NCBI GenBank assembly: GCA_977017575.1
Contig: CDRNVI010000243.1
Coordinates: forward strand, 1-11,634
From: Paramoeba atlantica
Lineage: Eukaryota > Protista > Discosea
Direction: 5' to 3'
DNA: 11,634 nucleotides
The notes under the pieces were generated by a model. That model had not been told where the DNA came from and made no database searches. It worked only from the letters and a program-made list of their open reading frames with translations. Positions 1 through 8,800 of the stretch are shown one piece after another. Made by a program: the position numbers and the translations under genes. The first letter of the stretch is position 1. Each line of letters opens with the position of its first letter.

Positions 1-505
1 TCTCCACGAAAAGAGAGGAAAAGAACTCTTTTGTTTGTTGTTGTTGTTGTTGTTGTTGACCACCACCACATTTGTGAAGAGGAGTGTCCACTAATTTATC
101 AATTTCGAGAAAATCAGCAAGAGATTGAGGGGAAGAACTCAATATTGAGATTGACTTCCACTGGAAATGTCCCCATAAGTCTTTTTGGGGGCAAACTTGA
201 CCACAAAGGTCCCATACATGTAAATTTCGAGATGTAGGGCAAAAACATTCATTCAAAAGATAATGAATATGGCACAGAACAGCAGACTCAATAAAGTAAG
301 AAATCATTTTACGACCACCATCACTACGTTGAAACGAATAACTTTTCATTTGAATAACAACATTCTCGAACGACATTCTTACTTTTTCTCTTCCTTGCAG
401 CCACTGGGCAAAATTACCATCTTTTACAATATTCTGATAACGACATTGGAACAGAACATCTTTCGTTGTCTTTTTTACGTTTGGTTCTCGGGAATAAATC
501 AAAAC
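1..505 (-). CDS. In-frame open continuation of gene A beyond the TGA at 508-506 (>=168 codons, runs off the window); unknown function, possibly the SAM-binding end of an MTase-like domain
   Basis: Same frame as gene A exon 8 and stop-free from 505 to 1: VLIYSREPNVKKTTKDVLFQCRYQNIVKDGNFAQWLQGREKVRMSFENVVIQMKSYSFQRSDGGRKMISYFIESAVLCHIHYLLNECFCPTSRNLHVWDLCGQVCPQKDLWGHFQWKSISILSSSPQSLADFLEIDKLVDTPLHKCGGGQQQQQQQTKEFFSSLFVE. Complex, coding-like sequence. Absent from the ORF track, probably because it lacks an in-window stop. Confidence 0.7.
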
Positions 506-736
506 TCAAATTGGTAAAGAATTGTAATTTTTGTTACAACATTTTTCTTCTTTGCTTTTTTGGGTGTTGTTTTGCTTCAAATGAATGAAACTGAGAGAAA
601 GAGAGAAAGAAAGAGAAAAAGAAAGAGAGAAAGAAAAGAGAGAAAGAAAGAGAGAGAAAGAAGAGAGAGAAAGAGAGAAAAGAGAGAAAAGAGAGAAGGA
701 GGGAGAGGAGAAGGAGAGGAAGAGTTACATATAAAA

Positions 737-784
<48 letters not shown>

Positions 785-1631
785 AAAGAAAAGAGGGTTT
801 AGGGTGACACATGTGTTCAGAAGAGAGTTCAGAAGAAGAGAGTATTGTTGTATTATGTGTGTGTGTGTTTGGATTTGGTGGGAAAAATAAATAAAAAAAT
901 AACCAAATAGAATCAATTAAAATTTGTTTTTTGTTTAATTGATCGAGAGTGAATTCAAAGCGACTCAATGGAACAAAGAAAACAATTAACTTATTCATTT
1001 CTTTGATAATGTTAAGCAGGTTGGTAAAATTTTGAAGTTCGTACAACTGAGGTTAGGGTTTTAGGGTGTTAGGGTGTTGGGTGGAAGAAAGGGGATTTTA
1101 GAAAGACCAATATGATTTGGGTTTAGAGAAAAGAAAAGATAAAAAATAAATAATTTTTAAATAAATATAAATAAAATGAGAAAATAAGAAAATAAAAAAC
1201 CAGTTCAAAACCAGCAGTTGCAACTCTTTTATCATCACCATCATTGGTAAAAGAACTAAAAAAGATAATATCGATATGTTTTTTCTTTTTTTCCTTTTTT
1301 TAAAAAAAAATTTCAATCATTTTAAATAAAAAAAATGATTTTTTAACCAAGAGAGAGAGAAGAGAGATAGATAAATAGTAGTTACCTCAGCAAGCAAGTC
1401 TTCGATCGATGATACGATGGTAATCGAGGGGTTTTTATTTCCATCTAATGAAGAAGAAGAAGAAGAAGAAGAATGCTTCAAAGAGAGACTGGCAGGTTGG
1501 GTTGAGAGATAACTAAAACCGTGAAAAGAAATTTCTTTTATCATTTTATCGAACTTTTTGTAATGCTTCTTTTTTTTTAAAGAAGTGACGATGTTACAAT
1601 GGTAGTTCAAAGAAGAAGAAGAAAAAGAGTT

Positions 1632-1690
<59 letters not shown>

Positions 1691-4600
1691 CTTGTAGTGA
1701 TAAAATATTGAAAAGGTAAAAGTGGATTATTTTTTGGTATAGAAATGATAATAATGATGTTGTAGTGGCAGTAGTATGTTGTTCTCTTTCTCCCTTTTTC
1801 TTCTCTCTTTCTTTTTTCTTTTCCTCAGCAGTTTCTTTTTCTTCTTTATCATCTCTCTTTTCTTCTTTACTATCATCCGAAACACTTTCTCTTTCCCTTT
1901 CCTTCTCTTCTTCTTCCTTATCATCACCACTCTTCAAACAACTTATTATTACTGGTGACAATGAAAAAACTTCATCATCAGAAATAACAATAATCTCATT
2001 GTCACCACCATCTCCCTCAATGATACTATTAGTAGTTTTGGCAGGTTGTTGTTGTTGTTTCGTATCTATTAAAATTATTTAAAATAATTAATAAAATTAT
2101 TTCTTAAAAAATGAATAAAGCACAACAGAGCAGCCACAGGTTTTTTTTTTGTAGTTGTGTTGTGTTGTGTTGTGTTGTGTTGTGTTGTGTTGTGTTGTGT
2201 TGTGTTGTGTTGTGTTGTGTTGTGTTGTGTTGTGTGTTGTATGTTTTGTGTGGTTCTTTTCTAATTAGAGAGAAAAAAAAAGAAGAAAAAAAATAAAAGA
2301 TAAACCTTTTCGACAGTTTCGATTAATGATGTTCATCGGAAGAGGGCCAGTTAAAATGAAATTTTGAGCATCTTCTGGGATAAAAATTTCTTTAAATTTC
2401 TGATGAAATAAACCAATACTTGATTTTGAACTCACATGCTTTAGATTGGAAGCACAAAATTGAAGAAATTCAGTTCTCTTTTGATCGTTTTGAGCAAAGA
2501 AACAGGAGGATGATAGCGATGGCAATGATGACGATGGATGCTCTGAAGACGAGATAGGAGAACCAACACCCACAAAAGGAGACATTGTGGTGGTGGTGGT
2601 GGTGGTGGTGGTGGTGGTGGTGTGTTGTTGTTGTTGTACAGGTCCACACATAAAAAAGCCACGATAAAAAATATCTTTATATGTGCTCAAATGAAGAACT
2701 CTCCAAAATTCAAGTACATTTAAAACAAAATCTACTTTCTAAAAAAAAAAAGAAAAGGAAAGAAGAGATAGATAGGAGAACCAGGGAGAAGAGAACCCGG
2801 GAGAAGAGAACCCCGCCGGGAGAAGAAAAGAGAAGAGAAGAGAGAAAAAAGAGAAATGAGAGAAAGAGGGAAGAGAAAAGAGAGAAATAAGAGAAGAAAG
2901 AAGAAAAGAGAAGAGAGAGAAGAGAGAGAAGAGAAGAGTTTTTTCTTCAAATTAATATTTGCAATAAAGAAAGAAAAGAAAAAGAAAAAAGAAAAAAAGA
3001 GGGTTGTTGGCTTTTTTATGGGAGGGGTTTAAATTAAAAAAATAAGGATATTCTTTAAATATTTTAAAATTAATAAAAAATAAAAAACCTTTGAATCTCG
3101 TCTTCCTTTTCCTTCTCCTCTTTCTCCTTCTCCTTCTCCTTTCTCTTCAACAATCAAATCACTCTGAACTAAATATCGAATCATTTGAGACTCCATTCCG
3201 GCAGAATTTAAAATTGTATTAGCCATCCGAAGAAGTGTTTGTTTTGATGAGGTGTGTTCTAACTGCAAAAGTTTTTTTAAAAAATTTTCTGTCATTTTCT
3301 TTTTTTTCTTTTTTTTCTTTTTTTTTTTCTTTGTTTTTCTCCTCTTCCCTCCTTCCTCCTCCTCCTCCTCAGTCTTCTTCTCCTCCTCAGTCTTCTCCTC
3401 AGCCTTCTCCTCACTGTCTTTCAACTCACCAGCCTTATTGCTATCATCTCCTCTGCTATCTCCTCCTCCCTTTTCTTCTTCTTCTTCTTCAAAATCAGCC
3501 CTTTCAAAATTTTGTCGAATTTTTCGAATTGCACGAACAAAATCCAATAATGTCCATTGAACAAAAACATTTCGGTTTGTTGAAGCAATCCCTTCAAAAA
3601 GAAAAAATAGTTTTTGTTGTGGTTCAGAATTAAAGTTCGTAAAAGACCACCATCTCCCTCGGCAAATGGTTCGAAACTTCTTGTACAATGAAGAAGAAGA
3701 AGAAGAAGAAGAAGAAGAAGAAGAAGAAGAAGAAGAAGAAGAAGAAGAAGGAGAAAAAGAAAAAGAAGAAAGAGAAGAAGAAGTAAGAAATGATAAGGAG
3801 GAGGAAGCAGAAAGAGGAAAGAAGGGTGTTGTTTCTGAACCCAAAACATCATTATGAGTAAAACTCAAATTCTATAAATCAGAGAATTTAGAGAAAAAAA
3901 AGGGGGGTCAATAACCAGGTGGGGATAGGGTAATTAATGGGGTTTTTAAAGGTTGTTGTTGTGCATTATTGGTGTTGTATTATTTTATCCTTCTACAACA
4001 CAACACACAAAACAAAACAAAAAAAAAGCATGTTGTTGAAAGTATGGAATTCCACTCCTATAAAAATATATCCATAAACACAAACCCAAAACCCAAAACC
4101 CACAACACAAAAAAAACCAAATCACAACAACACCCCCCCCCCAACAAGAAACACTCCCCTTTCTTGCACTCTTGAAAGAACATTGAAAAAAAAAAGAAAA
4201 ATACCTTCAAAACGAGACAACGGTGTCGTCCATCAATTGCAGAAAACATTACAAGATTTTCATTTGTCACTCGAATTTCTTTGTTTCCATCACAATTCAT
4301 TTTTTTAGCAAAACAAAAAAGACCAAGCAAACCCAAATTCCATCCGCTTTGAGAAAGTGATTGTTTCAATGCATTTTGTTCCTTTTCAGAGCTTATGCAT
4401 CGTGAATTCACTTCCTAAGTGTTTGTTTTTGAAAAGAAAAAAAAGATAAATAAAAAAAATACTGAAAGAGTTATAATAATATTCTCTTCATTTCATTCTT
4501 TCTGAAGAAATTTTCTTCTTTCTTTTCTCAAACTGCTGACAGAAAAAACAAAAAACAAAAAACAAAAAACAAACAAAAAACAAAACAAAAAACAAAAAAA

Positions 4601-5111
4601 TTCGCGAATTTTTTTTTGCTGAAAAGAAGATTTCCTCGCCAAAAAAACAAACAAACAAACCTCTGGTGCTCTTTTTTTCCCTTCCCCAAACAAAAAACAA
4701 CAACAACCAAACAACAAACAACAACCACAACTACAACCACAACAACCACAATTACATACAACCACACAACAACCATAACAATCAACAACCATAATCAACC
4801 ATAATTACCGGATCATCATAATATTGACTTGCTAATATCTCAATCATGGATTCATTTTCAAGTTCTTGGAGATGTGTTGGAAGGGTTTCTTTGTTTTGTG
4901 TTGCAGATCCTCTTGATGGAATTGTCCAAAATGTTTTGAGGTATTCGACTTTTTTTTCAATATTTTGTTCTTGAATTATTTCTGTCATTGTTCGGATTGT
5001 TGGTGTTGCTGCATCTTGTTGAGAGAGGGAAACAGAATCCCCCTGTTGTGGATTCTGTAGTTGCGATTGTTGTTGTTGTTGTGGTTGTAGTTGGAGTTGC
5101 GATTGTTGTGG

Positions 5112-5142
<31 letters not shown>

Positions 5143-5189
5143 GGTTGTTGATGGTTCGATTGAAAATCAATCTTCGCTTGTTTCATCAT
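506..5189 (-). CDS. Gene A: spliced gene (~935 aa) with an N-terminal ParB/Srx-like domain, low-complexity linkers and a possible degenerate DNA methyltransferase-like C-terminal region
   Basis: Manually spliced exons: 5189-4809, 4414-4205, 3871-3089, 2738-2306, 2065-1386, 1293-1201, 1046-904, 590-506. Introns are GT-AG and phases match at every junction (0,0,0,1,0,0,2). Total 2808 nt including TGA at 508-506. Exons coincide with track ORFs 4782..5189, 4058..4411, 3029..3868, 2265..2690, 1317..1961 and 534..1046. The exon 1293-1201 acceptor (AAG) is the weakest junction. A possible further acceptor just upstream of the ATG (caacAAG|TATG) may mark a 5' intron. Confidence 0.8.
741..780. repeat. 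(GA)20 microsatellite within a purine-rich (plus strand) intron of gene A
   Basis: Perfect GA dinucleotide run inside predicted intron 591-903. Confidence 0.95.
1053..1074. repeat. Three TTAGGG hexamers at 8-bp spacing near an intron 3' end
   Basis: TTAGGG at 1053, 1061 and 1069. On the gene (minus) strand they read CCCTAA(C/A), just upstream of the acceptor at 1048-1047. Confidence 0.7.
1633..1690. repeat. (GTT)n microsatellite encoding poly-Gln in gene A
   Basis: Perfect trinucleotide run; reads CAA on the minus strand in exon 2065-1386. Confidence 0.95.
2156..2235. repeat. (TGTGT)16 pentanucleotide microsatellite in an intron
   Basis: Perfect 5-bp repeat inside predicted intron 2066-2305. 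Confidence 0.95.
3690..3750. repeat. (GAA)n microsatellite encoding poly-Ser in gene A
   Basis: Perfect trinucleotide run; reads TCT on the minus strand in exon 3871-3089. Confidence 0.95.
4205..4414 (-). other. Exon encoding the core of a ParB/Sulfiredoxin-like (ParB N-terminal) domain
   Basis: Translates as EVNSRCISSEKEQNALKQSLSQSGWNLGLLGLF...MFSAIDGRHRCLVLK. The order NxR, LxxSLxxxG, (I)DGxHR matches the ParB/Srx N-terminal pattern; IDGRHR lies at 4237-4220. Recognised by eye, not by HMM search. Confidence 0.65.
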
Positions 5190-5822
5190 ACTTGTTGTAA
5201 TGAAACAAAAATATGTTATTACAAAGAATCAAAAATAATGAAAAAAAAGAAAAGGAAACCAAATGAAAAGAATGTAGGATGGAAGGAAAAATAAGGAAGC
5301 AAAGAGAATAGAGAGAATAGAGAACACAAAAACACACACCACACGCTTTGGAAGGGATGATTCCTTTTTGGTTTGATTTATTTTAACTCATTTTGATAGT
5401 GAAAAGGATCTTTTTTTAATTTTTGGTTTTAGTGATTTTTTCAGAGAGTTTTTGATTTATGTGGTGTCACACTCACTCGCTCACTCTACAAATGAAATTT
5501 CTGTGAACTTTTTTGAATTCAAAAAGAACTTTTTTATGTCACAAAATAAAAGAGGTATGAATTTTCAAATAGTTTTTTTTTTAAATAGTCTGAATTGTTG
5601 TATTCCCTTGGGATTGTGATTTTTTTTATTCTTGAGTTTTCACTTGCACAACAAAAAAACTCATTTTTTTTTATTTTTTGTTGGGCGAAAAAGAAAAGAA
5701 CATTTTCTTTTTTTTTTTTTTTTTACTCTTTCTTTAGAGAAACGATTTTATCCTTTCGTTTTAGTATTTTTTGTACCACTCTCCCCCTGCGCTCTTATTT
5801 CAGTTTTTTTTTGGTTCTGAAT
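5190..5822. promoter_or_regulatory. Putative bidirectional promoter / 5' UTR region between head-to-head genes A and B
   Basis: Lies between the predicted ATGs at 5189 (minus) and 5823 (plus). AT-rich with poly-T/A tracts. Function inferred from position only. Confidence 0.45.
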
Positions 5823-8800
5823 ATGTTGAACTATCAAGGTTGGTTTTTTTAAATCTGACTTTAAACCCTTTCTTTTCTCTCTCCTCTCTTAACTACCCCC
5901 TTTTTCCTTTTTTTTTCTTCTGATAACCCTTTCTTTAGGCAAAAAAAAAAGTGTTTCTTGTAATAATGCTGCTGCTGCTGCTGCTGTTGCTGCTTCTGGT
6001 GCCACTCATCAAAAGAGAAGTCTTTCCAGCAACAGCAATGTTGCTGCTTCTGCTCCTGTTGCTGCTCCTAGTGCCACTCATTGAAAGAGAGGTCTTTCTG
6101 GCAACAGCAATGTTGCTGCTTCTGCTCCTGTTGCTGCTCCTGGTGCCACTCATCAAAAGAGAAGTCTTTCCAGCAACAGCAATGTTGCTGCTTCTGCTCC
6201 TGCTGCTGCTCCTGGTGCCACTCATCGAAAGAAAGGTCTTTCCAGCAACAGCAATGTTGCTGCTTCTGCTCCGGCTTCTGCTCCTGGCGCCACTCATCAA
6301 AAGAGAAGTCTTTCCGGCAACAGCAATGTTGCTGCTTCTGCTCCTGTTGCTGCTCCTGGCACCACTCATCGAAAGAGAAGTCTTTCTGGCAACAGCAATG
6401 TTGCTGCTTCTGCTCCTGCTGCTGCTCCTGGTGCCACTCATCGAAAGAGAGGTCTTTCCGGCAACAGCAATGTTGCTGCTTCTGCTCCTGTTGCTGCTCT
6501 TGGCGCCACTCATCAAAAGAGAAGTCTTTCCAGCAACAGCAATGTTGCTGCTTCTGCTCTGGCTCCTGCTCCTGGTGCCACTCATCGAAAGAGAAGTCTT
6601 TCCAGCAACAGCAATGTTGCTGCTTCTGCTCCGGCTCCTGCTCCTGGCACCACTCATCGAAAGAGAAGTCTTTCCGGCAACAGCAATGTTGCTGCTTCTG
6701 CTCCTGTTGCTGCTCTTGGCACCACTCATCAAAAGAGAAGTCTTTCCAGCAACAGCAATGTTGCTGCTTCTGCTCCGGCTCCTGCTGCTGTTGCTGCTGG
6801 TGATCCTGTTGCTGCTCCTGCTGCTATTGCTGCTACTGCTGCTGCTGTTGGTGATCCTGTTGCTGCTCTTGGTGCCACTCATTGAAAGAGAAGTCTTTCC
6901 AGCAACAGCAATATTGCTGCTGCTGCTATTGCTCCTGTTGCTGTTCCTGCTGCTGCTGCTGTTGCTCTTGCTGGTGATCCTGTTGTTGCTGATTTGGATG
7001 CTCTCCCCCCCCCCCCCCAAGAAAGACAACAAATCCACTGCCAATCATCTGAACCATCTCGATATCATTGTCATCGTCGAAGAAAAAGTCTTTCAGAAGA
7101 CTCAAAAAACTTCTTTTATCATCAACAAAGAATACTATTTTGGAAGGTTCCCCCTTATGGATATTCTAAAAAAAGGAACATTCAGAAAAATTGTGGTGAG
7201 AATAGAGATGAAGCTGGATCCTTCTTTGTGACTGATAATGGTCTATCACAATATTATTGTTCTACTGGTTCACTTTTTGATTTTTCTCTTTTTCTTTATT
7301 ATTGAAAAATAGTTTTATCAATTCCTTTTTTTTTTTGATTTTATTTAGTGGATGATGGAGGGGTTGAAAAACTGAAGAAGAAACTTTCTCCTGCTCCATC
7401 TCTCAAAACAAAAAAGAAGAAGATAAATCACCGAAAAAAAATCTCTAATTCTCCTCCTCCTTCTTCTTCTTCTCCTTCTCCATCACCCCCTTCTCTATCA
7501 TCATCCCCTTCTCCTTCTCCTTCTCCTTCTCCTTCTCTTTCTCCTTCTCCTTCTCCTTCTCCTTCTCCTTCTCCTTCTCCTTCTCCTTCTCCATCTCATC
7601 AGCAGCCTTCCCCTTCCCCTTCTCCTCCTTCCCCTTTTCCTTTCCCTTCTCACCAATCCTCTTTGCTGCAATGTTCTCTGCAAGAAAAGGGGCAGCCTTC
7701 TCCATTGTCTGCTGGAATGTTTGTTTTCAATTTTTTTTTGATTGATTGATTGATAGATTGATTGATTGATTGTGTATTATGTGTTGTGTGTTGTGTGTTG
7801 ATGTGGTCTTTTTTATTTTTTCTTTGTTGTTCTTTTTTAAATTAAAATTTTTTTGTTTCTTTTTATTAAATTCAACTATTTTCATCTAATGTTATTTTGG
7901 GTTTAGGGGAGTGTTTCAGGAGAAAGAAATTTTCAAGTGGCCAACATCTCAGCCAACTAAGTCTCAATCATCATCTCAATTTTTATCCCAACAATTTGGT
8001 TCTCAATCCCATGGTTCTCAGTCTCCCTCTCTGGTGGTGGTGGCTAAGAAGAAGAAGAAGATTGACAAAAAAAGCAGAACCCAAAACCCTTTGAAAAGGA
8101 ATGATAATGAAGATTATTATTCTTTTTCTTCTCATTCTTCTTCTTCTCATTCTTCTTTTTCTGATCAACAGTTTTGTTTTTTTTTTTTTTTTTTTTTTAA
8201 AAAAAAAATATAGAAAAAGTAATTAAAGTCACAAAAAAAAATGATGTTAAGATATTTTTGTTCTAACAACATGATACCTTTTTTTTCTTAATTTTTCTAG
8301 AGGAGATAAAAAGAAGTTTTTTTCTTCTTGTAAATCATCATCATTTAAGAAAAAGAAGAATGTTTTATCACCATCACCACTTCCATCTTTCAGGATGAGA
8401 GGAGAGGACACAAAAGAAGAGGAAAAGAGGAGGTTATCTCTTATCCCACCCTTTTCATCAGCACTGCCATCATCCCTCAAAACAAAAGGTATCTCATCTC
8501 TGTTTCATTTTATTTTCTTTCTTTCAACCTCCCTCCCTCTCTCTCTCTTCTCTCTCTCTCCTTTGGGTTTTGGGTTGGGAGGAAGGTTCAATGAACAAAA
8601 ACACAATGAAGAAAATTTTTTCTTATTTTTTCTTTACAGAAGAATCACTACTCTTCATGATGAGTAGTTATAACGAGGAGAAAACAGAAGAAAGAGATCA
8701 TATACTTAATGTTTCGTCTCCACAACTCTCTTTTTCTTCTTTCAGGTTCACACTAAAATATCTATTTTTTTTATTAAGTGTTGTTTTTCTTTATTTTTTT

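Noticed and set aside
197-230. NLHVWDLCGQ as a small-GTPase/Roc G3 motif (WDxxGQ)
   Set aside because: No P-loop (GxxxxGKS/T) in the preceding ~100 residues and no NKxD in the visible downstream sequence; kept only as a possible MTase motif I.
506-508. Selenocysteine codon
   Set aside because: No redox-like context (such as CxxU) and no SECIS can be evaluated because the 3' UTR is outside the window.
31-517. Plus-strand ORFs 31..237 and 263..517
   Set aside because: Short antisense shadows of the longer stop-free minus-strand frame.
2774-2826. Short GC-richer GGGAGAAGAGAACC repeats as a regulatory element
   Set aside because: Only about three degenerate copies inside a purine-rich intronic SSR; consistent with slippage.
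6081-6803. 240-aa Cys-rich ORF resembling metallothionein or keratin-associated proteins
   Set aside because: Third-frame reading of (GCT)n as TGC; no independent support.
5998-6920. CRISPR array
   Set aside because: Units are contiguous 72-bp tandem repeats with no unique spacers, in a eukaryotic coding exon.
5935-7044. 369-aa Ser/Arg-rich minus-strand ORF resembling an SR protein
   Set aside because: Antisense of the repeat array; open only because the 72-bp unit lacks stops in that frame.
5951-7231. 426-aa poly-Leu ORF (+) as a membrane or signal-peptide repeat protein
   Set aside because: Shifted-frame reading of GCT-rich repeats; it does not splice in phase to neighbouring exons, while frame +1 does.
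7714-7720. Non-canonical GA donor (G|GAATGT)
   Set aside because: A canonical GT donor at 7719 gives the phase required by the acceptor at 7905-7906.
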